Shown here: one piece after another, positions 41,461 to 55,793 of the stretch | Position numbering within the stretch: position 1 is the first letter of the stretch | Layout: every line of letters begins with the position of its first letter | Assembly: GCF_031769215.1 (NCBI RefSeq) | Contig: NW_026781924.1 | Location: 248,001 to 312,000 of the forward strand | Length of the DNA: 64,000 nucleotides | DNA from: Ylistrum balloti | Taxonomy: Eukaryota | Reading direction: 5' to 3' | Program-made: the position numbers and the translations under genes | The notes under the pieces: model-generated | Seen by the model: only the letters and a program-made list of their open reading frames with translations | Databases searched by the model: none | Told to the model about the DNA's origin: nothing

Positions 41461-42479
41461 AAATGGTCACATATTTCGGAAAAAAGTGTGACTAGTATAC
41501 TTTAACATCTACTTTGTATAGGGGTTTATTGTTACTGATATTACAAGTACATTTCTGTTGGTTCCTACATTCAGGGCACTTATCTAGGGCTAACATGATC
41601 AGGAAACTAGAGAATTTCAATGCAAATAGCTGGCATTGTTTACATTATCAGAGTTTAATATTGACATTCATGTCAATGTACCAACTGGATCAATTTGTAT
41701 TGTGAAAGGATTGCTAATGATATTCATTGCCATAAATGATAGAGCTGGAATACACTGTTATACAAAAAATGATTGAACTTGAAATGGTAGTATTCAAATT
41801 ATTTATTGGTGAAAGCAACATGTTTTCTTGTTTCTTCAACAAGTTATATGGTAATGATATCTGAGACAAAATGTTTAAAACAAAGTTTCTTGAAATAGAA
41901 TATAATACTGTGCCAGCTCATTCAGTATTTATGTTCCCACAAACGCCAATAACATGTTTGGTAAGATGGAATCTGGATTGTTTTGTTTTTTTCGATTCTA
42001 ACATGAATAAAGTCATGATTTATTCCATTTATTACAACACGAAACTTCAAAATGAAGAAAATATTAGTTTTACCTTGTTATAATTTTTGCTGAGGAATAG
42101 AAATGAATATGAATAAAAAATAGTTGGATTTTTCTTTTCAATTCAGTTTAAAATTGTGGACAAAATTTACTGACAATATAATACTACATAAATTGTTTTC
42201 TCTTTAGTAATATACATATCAAATATATCTGTTAGATCATTTGTGCAACTTCTTTTTGTTATTTTTTCAGTAGAACCAACAGTTCCTTTCACATTATTAT
42301 TAAATATTCTGTGAACTAGCTTATTAAAATTTATTATTAGTATTAAAAAAAAAGTTTTGATTGATATCTGAATTCTAAAGAAAAAATGTTTAATTTGATG
42401 ACCCAGTGGGCACATTTCTAATTCAAATTTAATTCAGTATGACCTGTTTTATACTGATATTGATTAATATGTCATGCAT

Positions 42480-43214
42480 GGTAAACTTTTAACATTTTCA
42501 AGTTTTTCTGAAAAACTATCAAACCAATTTCAATGAAATTTTACAAACACCTTCCATGGCTAAAAGTGCATCAGAATTGTAAATTATATGGTCCTCAACC
42601 CCCAGGGGCCTGAGAGGTGGGGGCCAAAAAGGGTCAAATTAATTGAAACTTCAAAAATCATATTCTCATACCCCAGGTATGGTAGAATCAAGTACTCTTC
42701 GTGGATGGAAAGGCCTTCAGATGCTTTACCTAAATTGTAAATTTCATGACCTGAGGGTCTCACATTTCCCCTTGGTTTGCTATAGTTTATATAGAAAATT
42801 AAGTTTTTTAAAATTATTTGTATATTTCAAATTGTAAATAGTTCAAACCTGGTTAGAGTTATTAGTTTAAGATGACAATTTAATGAGATGCACATATTGA
42901 CCTCAGCTGACCCCCTAGGGTCGATGGGCAGCCAAAATGTATCAAATTGACTGAATTTTCAAAGATGTTCTACTGTTCCTGGATGGGAGATATTTTATAG
43001 GAAAATTCAAATATTGAGTATAATTTCTTGTAATTCAAACTTGGTTAGAAGCCTTAGCGTGAGACAGCAATTAATATATACATACTTTACATTTGTATTA
43101 AGTGTACATACAATATAGTTAAAGTTATAATACAGTTTTAACAAAATCATTTCTACAACATGTTACAAGAAGCATTGTGACTCAGGTGATGGTTAAGACC
43201 CTTAAGCCCCTTGT
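42480..43214 (+). mobile_element. Dispersed Helentron-associated repeat fragment
   Basis: 3' end TCAGGTGATGGTTAAGACCCTTAAGCCCCTTGT resembles the terminus of the 31183-31369 element; internal ccccaggggcc / tgacct / aaattgtaaat motifs recur. Left boundary approximate. Confidence 0.4.
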
Positions 43215-44216
43215 ATTATGTATACATTTTATTTTTTTACATCTTTATTGCCTAAGACACGATATTTGCCATAAAGCCTATTTAGATGTCCAGTAGGTCT
43301 TGACATCCACACATTAACTCCTTAAACAGAAAGCATTCTGTACCAGATTTAACCTGACTGATTTACTTTGTTGGATTTTATCACACCTAAGCCGTTTATC
43401 AATAATGATTTCCTTCTGATGGCAACACACGGTTTTAGTATTTGAGTAATGAGAATTATCATTTAGTAGGATTACACAGGATGCATATTGATACACCTGA
43501 TTCTAGGTTTAGCTGTCCAAAGGAACCATGTTGTAGAAGCAATTTATTCTAGAGAATGGCTGTAAGGCAGGCAGTTCATGACAATGCTTTTCACGGATAA
43601 TTTCTTCTGTTCATTTGTCTATCGATCAATTATTGCTTTTTTCAGAATCAATCTGAAATGTTCTCCTTACCTTGAATTAATTTTCTTTATATATACATAG
43701 CAATGACAGGTACATACTCATGCACAGATCCGTTGGTACCTTCTTATTTTAAAAAAGATAATTTAATAAATTTTTTACATACCGGTAAATGTATTTACTG
43801 TTGTACATTCATGTTCTGCTAAGTTTTCATCGTTTTGAAATTGCTTGTTTGGAAATTGATTATATGTAACTTATAAACATTATTTATCATGATATAAGTG
43901 TTAGATGAAAAATATTCAAAAGGTAAATAAATTTGAAAAAAAAAATAATAAAAAAAAAAAAACATTCATAGCTGAACATTTGGAATACTTAATTTCAGAA
44001 CTGATCATTTTTTATTTGACTCGAACACTATAACTGATATTGTTCTGAACTTGTTTTTTAAATGTTTTGTGAAGTAGTGTTGCTGTACATGAGACGTTTT
44101 TTATGAGGGTTTTAAATTCAATATTAATGTGTGTTTACATTAAACTGTAATGAATTGATGGTCTCTGTGATCCTTTTTGTTACTTGACAACTGGTTATTT
44201 TTAGAAGATTCTATGG

Positions 44217-44294
44217 CAGCCTCCCTGGCCCAGTCGGGTGGTCATGAACTCGGATATGATGGATACCGCTGGTAAACACCATCAATAATCAATC
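44217..44294 (+). mobile_element. Internally deleted SINE-like fragment
   Basis: A-box TGGCCCAGTCGG (44226-44237) and a tail GTAAACACCATCAATAATCAATC resembling molluscan SINE 3' ends. Confidence 0.4.
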
Positions 44295-45648
44295 GCAAAA
44301 CAACCCTGGGGCTCATCCTCGTCATAAACTCCGACTGTTAGCCACATGAAAAATCAATATATCATATAGCCAGCGATAGTGTGGTCTCTGGAGGGAGGGT
44401 CACGTAAATCATTTTTGATCTGGATAACACATCTCCTCCAGGATAATTGCCCAGTAGCAGTCTATCGTTATCATAGTAACACAGTGTAAACCTTGTGAAT
44501 TTTTATTGGAAAGAATATTAGCATCTAATCATTGTGTTCAAGTCAATTTCTGTGGATGTGAAAATGGAATACTATACCAAACAGGACACTTTGATATAGT
44601 GACCTTAAAGTTGCAGGTAATACAATAAGTATTGTGTGTTTGCTTGACCATAATGGAGACATGAATTATCCAAAAAGAAAAAAAAAACTATGAATGTCTT
44701 TTGGACAACGGAAATGAATTGACAACATTATGCAAATTTTATATCTATTGGTTAAATTTTAATTTCAGAAGTCATTGATTTTTTTTTATTTTTAACTATA
44801 CTTGGTATGTGGCCTCTAGTATGCTTGTCAAAACCTTGAAAAAATGTCTCACCTGTTTGAGGTGTACATTGCAAATGATTTGGTAGTTAATGATACCTGA
44901 TATTAGGCACATGTTTGTATTGTGTTGTTAGATTTAGAAACTAGTTGTGTGTGTATAATACCTACTGTCTGTTTACTATGTAGTACTACACATTATTGAA
45001 TTACCTCATGCCGTCCACCACAGATTTGTGAGTGTTTATTTTTAGAACCAACAAGAACCATACCTGTTAAACTCGGGTAGAATTAATTTCTGAAAAAAAT
45101 AAGAAGGAGTTAGTAAAGTTGAATAATAGAAAAATTTACTTGTGTTGTATCTGTATAGATGCGCTTGCTTGTTTTTAGTACATTGTAAAAATAAAAAGAT
45201 ATTAACACTGTCTGGGCCATTTCTCATACATTGTATATTTGTAATAATTAAAACATTAAGTACCTGAGTAAGGTGATGTTGATATTAAAATAAATATTTT
45301 AAAAAGGAAAGCTAAAGTTCAATGATTTGAAATGAAATTGAGGGGGAAAAAAGGAATATTGATAATACAGCTATCAGAATTTCGTTTTCAAGAAACAAAT
45401 CAAACATTGATACATGGTTTAATTATTGGAAAAATTTAATAATCAACCTGATTTATTAGTGGCTAAATTTATAGTCTTGTGTGCGCACATGATAAGTATG
45501 AGAACTTATTCAGTACCATGTTTGAGACTTCTAAGTTATTTTGAATTTAAATTACACAGCCTTTTTTTTTTCTGAAGTGCTTGTATTTTCAAAATACCAT
45601 ATAAATTGTAAATTTTTTTTTTTTAATTTTCAGACATATTTTGTCAAC

Positions 45649-48600
45649 ATGAGTCATGTTCAGATGCAGTCGTACAGTGAAGAGGAATACGACCTCGACA
45701 AGGAACTAGATGCATTTATAGAGGAAAAAACAGAACCAGACCCTGTCATTGAAAATAAAGCAGAAAAAGATGTGAGTTACACATACCCATCGTTTTACAG
45801 ACTGGTATATAAAGTCATGTTACTATCATAACATATTTAGGTTTTTAAGTGCTAGTAAACACCAATAATAATCAAAATCTTTTGTTTGATTTTTATATGA
45901 AAACATTAGGACCAAAACTTGAAAAAAAAATCATACTTTTAAAAAAAAACCTGAAATACAACCATGACAAAAATTCTGATTTTCTGCTAAAAAAAAAGCA
46001 TCGTACTAGGATCTGTTAAACAATTTTGCTACACACCTGTTGTGATTAAGAATGCAGGTTTGGAGGTTAATCATGATGGGATTACCTTCCTATAGAGATC
46101 AGTCACAACTAATAGGATTTAAACATTATATTTCAAGCATAAAAAGCTTAACACTAATTTTCTATCATCTCGTAAAAAAACAAACTTGATTATAAATTGA
46201 TTGATAAAAAAGAAATGAAGAAAACATATAATTATCAAAAGGCATTTTTGAAAATAGGAACTATTAAACCTGCAATTTGTTTAAGCACAGCTTTACTCGG
46301 GTCATAAAAGTGTCCGACTTTAACTTTGATGTAACACAGGTAAATCATCCAAGTAGATTAAGCTGAGATTTCCTTACTGGTATCCAGGTTTAAACATTTA
46401 TTTATTTGGCATTTCATTTTTGTCACGAACAGGTTAGGCAGGATTTCTTTTTGGTTTGTGTTTGTTGTGTATTTATATCCTAGTTACCTGTGACAAGACT
46501 TACATGTTAATTGACAAAAAAAAACCAGGCATATATTACAACCCGTTTAAACATTTATACATTTACTCTTAAGGGCTTTGTTACTAATTTCACTGTGATT
46601 AGTAAATCAATAAACATTCCATATTTAGATGCAACAGAATATGCTATAATAAATTCAGTTTAATAATGAAAATATAGAATTAACTGGAAGGGGAGTGGGG
46701 GAGTTCTGGATTGTTAGAAAATGGTGATAAGTAAATTCCACATGATGGCAATTAAGTTACTTTATCATGTGTTCAGACTGTTGTTATATTCCTTTGTTCA
46801 GTATATGTCACAATCCCAAGAGCACATCCTGTGCTGCATCACTTACAGTTGACAAACTTGCTTTGTGTTAGCACAGTGTATCATATTAAAATTGGGTTGC
46901 TCAATTATTTAAGGAGTTATGGCCCTTTGTTTATAATTAACCCTTATTTTAGACCTAAGACCTGATGATCATACATATATTAGAGAAATTTGAATTTTTT
47001 TCTTAAATCAACAGATAAATGAAAAAAAAAAAGCTTTTTTCCTCCTCATTTCTTTCCTTTTTTAATTTTTTTGTGGATGTCATCCTGAAAAAGTTATATA
47101 TTTATATATAATTTCATGATGTAATGATACTGGTAATGAAATTGGTTTTCAAAGTCAGACCTTGTCTATGAAACATTGATGTTTGCTGTTCCTTTTAGCT
47201 ATGTATATAATGTACATGTACAAGAAGCAAGATTGATTTGATAGGTAACAATTAGATATGAAGTTCAGAACTAAGATGAATTTGTAGTACAAGAAACGGA
47301 GACTATGGTTTACTATACTGCTAGGCTGGCAACTGGAGCTAGCAGGACTCTATCAGGGCTAGTGACTGTTTGAAAAATTTACGTTGTTATAGCTTGTCAA
47401 ATAGAATTTTACAAAATCCGCCTGTAAATACATAAATACTTGAAAGATGATGTTATACACTCTAACCAGAATTTATAACTTTAGAATTAAAGTTGACATA
47501 TTAGTCGCTGAATTTATGATATAGTACACATTTGTTATAATTTATAAGAGTTTAAACGACCGTAGTTTAATGGTGAACTTGGTGATTTTATTGGTATTAG
47601 TCACAAATCTCTCTGGTGACTTCTTTGGGAAAAGTTTAGGATTTTTGGTATTGAATGACCAAGCTTACTGACAAGATTACTTCTACTTATACTTAATATG
47701 TTTAACCACTATCTGGTTGATTTCAATTCTTGAATTAATTGGTCACCTTTGTCGGTTTCGCCTCATCGATTTTCGGTCCTACCTGACACATTTAACCTCT
47801 CTTTGGTGTTAATAGTTACGTAGTAAACGTAGTGCTGCTAGTGTTTTAGCAACTTGTTGACTTTAATGAGTTTATAAATGAAGGTAAATTATTGGCGTGC
47901 TGGTAGATGTTTGTACAAGTCAACAGAAAAGTGTACATACTAGTACTGGGTGTTTACCGTAGATAATGGTATAGCCCTTTAACGCTTAACTTAACTCAGA
48001 CAACCCCGCCAAACATCAAGTAACAGGAACCCAGGGTAGTGACCGACGCTGACAGGCGAAATATTTACGGTCTTCCATCAGGATACTGACGAATACCTTA
48101 ACTATTTGCATACATGGAAACTGATAATAACTTTACAGGCTTACAAAGACACACATTATTTGTTCTGGTGTATCTCTATTTTTTTTTTCGCATCAACAAG
48201 CATGATAGAGTGTAATAAATCAAATTGTAACACAAATATAGACGCATGCTTCGTCTTGTTTGTGTACGCAATGCAGTTGTCACTGCCTAAGTCTGGTATG
48301 TGGCTGCGCTCTCTATGCATGTATAAAGGTACAAAGGGTATTTTACCTATGTAGGTGGTCAACTGTCCAATGAAAAATATACAACACACTGAATTATTGA
48401 TGATGCAGAGATATGATGTGAACCACACAGCCGTACATCAATAAGACCACATCTGGTATTATAAGCCCACCAATATGTAATGCTGTCCAGTAAAATTTTT
48501 AAAAAACCCAATGTTGATCATTTTTCCTATAATAAGCCCATCCCCTGACTTTGAATTATCAAAATTAGTTATATGGCCCGACTAGATACTATCTTTATAA

Positions 48601-51600
48601 TCAATTACCCTATAACCAATATATGACATCTTTCCATTTATGATAAGTTATCTATCTGGTTGTAAATATAAGGATATTGGTAATGTTGACACCTGTGTCC
48701 CTCCCACAAGATCAATATGTCAATAGAGGGTGTTATTTCAACACTATATTTAGCCTTTCTACAATAGATTTTGTATAAAATAGAATTTTATTGTCATGTC
48801 TGTAGGCTAGCAGGGCAATAGATTACATTGGTACCCCAATATTCACTAGGGTGTATAAACCTTTTCTTATCAACATGGAAACAGACTATTTATTTTGTAA
48901 TGGTGCATTGATCATAGGTCCCAGTCAGCAAAGTTTTTAAAGTCTGACATTTTTGTGTTACCTGTTGGCATGTTAAGTATGAGACTGTTGTCTATTCAAT
49001 ATCATTCATAGCAAGAACCATCCCCAGTCAATAACAAGACATTTTACAAAATGTAAGATTTTTCAATATCCATTCTTATTTTCTGTTTGAGATCACCCCC
49101 ATGGATGCCACATGTATGGCCTTAGGGGTCATTCTCACATGTGTGATATTAAAGGTGTCACTCAGTCACATGATCAGTCCAATCAATCGTTTCATGTAGA
49201 GGGGTAAAAGTCAGCTCTGTGTTTATGAGAATGAAGATTCGAACCATTGTGTCACAATATGTTATATTTGTCAATAAAACTTTCCTGTTATTTACATTCC
49301 CTAACCATGTTGTTTGCTTCTACAAAAATTACACAAAAATAAACATTATTGATTGTGTAATCCAGGAGTAGAATAGTTATTTAAACAGTTAAATGTTACT
49401 GTTTCTATGTCAACAGTACAAATGTTACAATGGTCACACTTTTGGTGTCAGAGTGAAAATTGTACCTTAAATCACCTCTTGGTCGTTTGTTTATTCAGCA
49501 TCATTGCTGTGCTAATGTAAATATACTGAAATGTTTTTGTTGTTTTTTCTCTTGAGATGTGACATGCGATTTACAAGATTAAGTGACCATGAGAGATTGA
49601 TGATACAGGTTACACTACAGTTTGAATCTAGCTTTGTCATTATTGTCTCCTTTGGATACATTTCTGTGGGAGTCATTTTCCAGCATCATCTGTATGTCTT
49701 CGACCAACATAAAGCAGCATGGCCATTACTGTTCATCAGTGTTTAATCGTGTTGTAACGGGTAGCTGGTGAAGAAATCACTTATATCTGATATTGTTCCA
49801 GTGGAATTTACAAACAAATCTTTCCCCATTCTCTTGTATTAAGCCTACATACTCCTTCAAAACTGTGGTTTGTCACAACTCCATTGTATCATGGTCTGTC
49901 TTAGATTAAATTTCAAGGGTTATCATTCAAAGTTAGAGGGGCAAAGGTCATCCTTGCTCACATTTAATTTCAAAGTACAAAATATATCATGAGCCCCTGG
50001 CCAGTTTTAGGTTATACTGAGTATTACATCAAATTCTACACATGGTTAGCTTTTGGAAGTTCAGATTACAAGTATTGTAAATGCCTTTTTCTCCATTTTG
50101 AAAAGCTGTTATCTTGACAACACATGTAAAAATAACCAAGATCTTAATATTTATACAACATACCTGTGCAATGTAGGCTAAGTCAACATGTGTGTTTACA
50201 TAGATCTTGGAGGAAATGTGATTTATTGCAAGGTAAATTGTTTTCTTATGCATTTTGATGTTATACTATAGAATATCTAGATACCCAAGTAATCTTTGGT
50301 GAAACAAGTCTCGCTTATTGTACATAAACTGCCATTGATAAAATAGCAATGTGTATAGTTACCGTCACAAATTGAAAACAATTCAATTCATATATCTAAT
50401 AAAAAAATGTTTCCCATTCATGCAGCACATTCTGCAAATGTGAATTATCTTTAAAGACAGATATGAATATTTACTATATAGAGTTATAGTAATATTTACT
50501 GGGATCAACTCTCATTTGTAGTAGTGATATTAACAGGAATAAACAGTCAATAGTGATATTAACAGAGATAAACTACCAGTTGTAGTGATATTAAAATTGG
50601 TGTGATATATTTTCTGAATGTTAATTTCACAGCTGGCGATATGTACATATGTCATATGTTATAAAACACTGCCTGATAGACGTCTGTGATTTAAAACCCT
50701 CGGATTGAAGGATTAGTTCATACATATGATGCAGGAATGTTATTGCTGGTTTACAGATGCCTTTTGTTACACCATACAGAGGAAAAAAAATGACTTACGT
50801 TCCATGTTAGAGAGCAATATCCTACCAATTCTTACACACACTAACACATTGTCCTGGGTTACTTATATAAATTTTACATTCCATGTAATTTTTTTGCCCA
50901 TGCAGCCTGCTCTGAGGCATATCAATTTCTGATAATCTTTGAGAACAGAGTTCAAAACAACCAGAACACATCATTCTGTGAGGGATAGAGGAATTATAAT
51001 TATTATTTTCATTGTACATGTTGGACCCTTTAACTATAGTTGTGGAATGTATTGAAGACTTCAACGCCCATTTGTGTTTGTATAATGACACAGGTCTGCT
51101 ATAATAGGTCTAATGATCCCGTGTGATCTTTAGTCCTGTTAAAATAGACAAGTGAGAAGTCAATAGGCCATTGTATGTTTTATGTCTTAGATAAGTTGTA
51201 CCATGCAACCAGCTCTGATCAACAAATATCACACAGTCAACAAGTACACTAGAAATAAATAGCCATTGACATGCAAATTTATATGTAATTATCTCCCCTG
51301 TTCCTATCGTTTTTCTTTTCAGATTTTTTTTTCACTTTTAAATTGTTCAACAAATGTTGTTTTATATCATAAATTACCACTGTTTAGTTCTAGTCCAAAA
51401 TGAAATGTTCTTTTTATGTTCAGTTCAACATCAAAGAGGACATTCACATAAAGACTAATACTGCCCGTTTGATTTTATCAAATTAGAATTTGACTGACAC
51501 TTGGTTGAATTTGAAGTTTTTTTTCGTTAAGTAGTTACAATCAAATTTGGAATGTTTCTGGGTTAAAGTATATATTTGTGTAGTTTAACTTGACTGTTTC

Positions 51601-54600
51601 TGGGTGAAAGTGTTTTTCATTAAATGGTTGCAATCTGCTCTTTTAGATTTCCTTGGTTAGTTTATTCTCCCCACAATAACACTAGAGAAAAGACAAAATT
51701 TGATTATCTTTGTCTTCAAACCTTTAGTATTTCTCTGAGAAATAAATAAACATATACAGCTTATACTGATGAATTGGAAACATCATAAGATTGATAGCAA
51801 GTTTGATTGAACCACCTATAGTGAATAGATGTGTGGAAGTCACTGAATTATTCATACAAAGGGTTTCAGCTTCACCTATTGTAAGTACCTGTTTACATTG
51901 TGTGATGTCAATCTTATAGCTATAAATCCGATTATCTCTTAAGAACATGGATGCTCGGTAATGACCATGTGACCTCTGTTGTCCAATGAAATATCAGTAC
52001 GGGTGTACGTTCACAGTGTATTTGGGGAATTGTAACTTCAATAACTGTATACCTGGTCACTTGATATAAGGTTTGAATATTTCATCATCTCAGAGACTAT
52101 GATGTCAGCACAGCCTTACTATGAATATTCATTGTAACATAACAAGAAAGGAAACACTGCCTTGGGGCCTTTGTGAACAGAATAAATTATCAGTTACGTT
52201 TTATTTTCTATCCCTGAAGGTCAAAGAGCCAACAAAAACAAATACCATTGCCTCAGATAGTGAGGGAGAGACAGACGAGAAGGGACAGAGAGAGACCTCC
52301 GGGGAGAAATCCACGGATGATGAGTGGGATGAACAAGAGCTGAGTGAAGATCAGAAACGTGCCATGGAGGAACTAGAGAATCTCCGTAACATGGGTAAGT
52401 CTTAAACTGAATCTCAACTCCAACACATCTCTTAACATCTCCCTGTAATGTTGGTAAGTCTGAAACTAAATCTCAACTCCAACACATCCCTTATCATATC
52501 CGTGTAACATGGGTAAGTCTGAAACTAAATCTCAACTCCAACACATCCCTTAACATATCTCCGTAACATGGGTAAGTCTAAAACTTAATCTCAACTCCAA
52601 CACATCCCTTATCATATCTATGTAACGTTGGTAAGTCTGAAACTAAATCTCAACTCCAACACATCCCTTAACATATCTATGTAACATTGGTAAGTCTGAA
52701 ACTTAATCTCAACTCCAACACATCTCTTACCATATTTGATAATTATTTCCTACTTTCAGCAAAAGCCTGTTGTTTTGAATCACAACCCTTTGCTCCCTAA
52801 CTTTACATATCCACAGCAGTCATGATAATACGACCAAGAGTTTGTGTGCTGAAATATGTACATTAGAACCTAGTTTGTACTTAAAAATCAATATGCAATA
52901 AAAGTTACAAGTATGAAGAATTTGGCGTAGAAAGCAGATACATTATCTACTGAACAACACTCATATCAATGCTACCTGCTAGTGCCAACGTCTTTCATAT
53001 ACAGACATGTTATTTTTATCTCTGACAGATGATGGGCTACCAACTGAAGATCCTCCAGAGTATGATGTAACAGCTCGTGTAAAACAGCTCAATGAGGAGC
53101 TAGCCAATGATACTACGCCAACGGAAAAACGTGAATCTCGAGTTCTTTTCAAAGAAGATCTGGTGGATCTTGTGGCACCCCCTCCAGACTATGGTGAGGG
53201 GGAGGAAAATCCGCAACAGAACCAAGACAGTTCAGATAAAACAGAATCTTCAAAAAATGACTCTAATGCTGCCCGCGGTGCGAAAAGGTCAGATGACAAA
53301 GTGCTGATAGAACGGGGAGGAAATTTTGAACTTGTAAATGCTGATGAAGTGACGGCAGATGATATGGGGCTTCCCCTGTTTGACAACGACAAAGAAAATG
53401 TGAACAATAATGCCAATGGTGCTGGTAATATGAACAGTAATAATTCCTCATTTAACAGAAAACCAGCACCCCCATCTAATCCACGACCCTCCACAGCCAC
53501 AGGATCTTCACGTAGGTCTGTGCGACCTGCCCAGAAACCCCGCGCCCAATCTGCAGGATCAAGAAACACACCCATTAATCATTCTTTTCCATTGAACCAT
53601 GATTATAAGTCTCCATATGCCTTGTCGCCAAAGGAAAAGGAATTATTGGAACAGCAAACTAAACAGAAAGAGGAACAAAGAAGGGAGGAAGAACGTAGAA
53701 GGAAAAGAGAAGAAGAAGAAAAACAAACATATAACGAGGATTTATTCCAGTCATGGTTGACAAAAGTTAGACAGAGAGAGAGACAGAGGAGAGAAAAAGA
53801 AGAAGAAGAGATGAGGAAAAGCAAAAAGTCAGATAAGGTAAGTTTATTGTTGGAGTGAAAGTTGATGTGGTGTTTGTCTGTTGGGTGTGTTTTGTCTGGT
53901 TTTGTTCCCAGTATGAGGAGGATCCCGTTACGTGTGTCTGAAGCTGTAAATGATTAAAATTCAATTTTATCTGCTTACTAAGCCAGGGAAGCTTGAAACG
54001 TCAGCTTCCTTCCATCTCTAGTGTTTTAAAATTCACAACCACCTCAGTCACACTCAATAACAAATGCTCATGTACACAAACAATTACATACACACTACAT
54101 ATTGTTACATTCATTTGTGTTTGTCACGTCTCTTAGTTGACAATTTTTGTCAGTAGAATGAAAATGCAATCAGCATCTCTAATATGTTTGTTACATGTTT
54201 TTGTTTAAGTGTCAGACAAACTACCTTGTCTATATGTCTTTCTATAGCTTTATCTGTTTATAGTTTTACAACTCATGTACACAATTGTACAAAACATTGA
54301 AATACATAGAAGTCGTAGTTAGCCATACAAATACATAGAAGTCGTAGTTAGCCATACAAATACACAGAAGTCGTAGTTAGCCATACAAATACACAGAAGT
54401 CGTAGTTAGCCATACAAATACACAGAAGTCATAGTTAGCCATACAAATACATAGAAGTCGTAGTTAGCCATACAAATACACAGAAGTCGTAGTTAGCCAT
54501 ACAAATACACAGAAGTCGTAGTTAGCCATACAAATACACAGAAGTCGTAGTTAGCCATACAAATACACAGAAGTCGTAGTTAGCCATACAAATACACAGA

Positions 54601-55793
54601 AGTCGTAGTTAGCCATACAAATACACAGAAGTCATTGTTAGCCATACAAATACACAGAAGTCGTAGTTAGCCATACAAATACACAGAAGTCGTAGTTAGC
54701 CATACAAATACACAGAAGTCGTAGTTAGCCATACTAATACACAGAAGTCGTAGTTAGCCATACAAATACACAGAAGTCGTAGTTAGCCATACAAATACAT
54801 AGAAGTCGTAGTTAGCCATACAAATACATAGAAGTCGTAGTTAGCCATACAAATACACAGAAGTCATTGTTAGCCATACAAATACACAGAAGTCGTAGTT
54901 AGCCATACAAATACACAGAAGTCATAGTTAGCCATACAAATACACAGAAGTCATAGTTAGCCATACAAATACATAGAAGTCGTAGTTAGCCATACAAATA
55001 CATAGAAGTCATAGTTAGCCATACAAATACACAGAAGTCATAGTTAGCCATACAAATACATAGAAGTCGTAGTTAGGCTGCTAATGGTGACTGATGATTA
55101 ACACAGAAATTACTAAACATGTGTATACCACAAAGTTATAAGTACGGTACATGTGTACCTAACAATACTTCAGGGTACCTGTATTGACATCTCTCCCTGA
55201 GAAATTGACTTCTAAAACACCAGATTTTAGTAACAGCTGACCAGAAACTACCATACATGAATCTAGGCTAACCTTACATAATATTAGGGCTGAAAGTGTT
55301 ATTTTAATTTTATTTATAAACTGGCATCATATTTCTCAGTTAGAACCTTACTCCAGTCAATTTAGTTGACTTAAAAAAAACTTGGGCAATCAAAGTTCAT
55401 CAGCTTCCTTAGGGTACTGAGTTTACTTAAAATAAAATGAAAAATCTGTAGCTTCACACAGGTAACATATCTTTACTAATTCTAAATTATTGATAAATGA
55501 AAAACAATTTTTTTTTATAATTTGCCTTTTTCTCACAGTTTTCATAATAGCAAATGTTATCTCAAGACACATCTTGTGTATATATCTATATATATATACA
55601 TATTTATTTTTTGTTGTTTTGATTTTATTCACAAACTAACTACATGTACTTTGATGTGTGATGCTTGGGTTTGCATTATATGGTTGTCATGGTGATAAGT
55701 TTCAAAATTTCCTATATTTTACCACAGAGAAGCTCTAAAGATAAGCAGAAAAACACGGGCCAGGATGAATATGACGAATCACTTGATGACGAG
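45649..55793 (+). CDS. CCDC181: Coiled-coil domain-containing protein 181-like, 5' portion (stop codon not found in window)
   Basis: Phase-consistent exons 45649-45771 (MSHVQMQSYSEEEYDLDKELD), 52220-52394, 53029-53837, 55728-55793. Motifs RVLFKEDLVDLVAPP, KVLIERGGNFELVN, RPSTA and the charged coiled coil ...EDLFQSWLTKVR resemble CCDC181 from memory; a homology search is needed. Confidence 0.7.
52381..52735 (+). repeat. 59-bp tandem repeat, 6 copies, spanning an exon/intron junction
   Basis: Unit ~TCTCCGTAACATGG|GTAAGTCTGAAACTAAATCTCAACTCCAACACATCCCTTAACATA; GT donors at 52395, 52454, 52513, 52572, 52631, 52690. Confidence 0.95.
53029..53837 (+). CDS. CCDC181-like main exon
   Basis: tctgacag|AT GAT GGG ... 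GAT AAG|gtaagt; 809 nt open, charged coiled-coil end. Confidence 0.85.
54300..55076. repeat. Intronic minisatellite, 29-bp unit, ~27 copies
   Basis: CAGAAGTCGTAGTTAGCCATACAAATACA. Confidence 0.97.

Noticed and set aside
48051-48098. Hammerhead ribozyme (CGAAA...GTC...CTGACGA in permuted order)
   Set aside because: Stem III gives only A-U and G-U before a mismatch, and the conserved G10.1-C11.1 pair is absent.
53912-53941. Possible short alternative exon YEEDPVTCV-stop after CCDC181 exon 53029-53837
   Set aside because: An acceptor-like ttcccag exists, but there is no good donor or other support; exon 55728-55793 continues the frame.
53189-53964. Minus-strand ORFs opposite the CCDC181 exon, and plus-strand ORFs opposite SENP exons (e.g. 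6584-6853, 12576-12906, 24593-24793)
   Set aside because: Antisense shadows of real coding exons.
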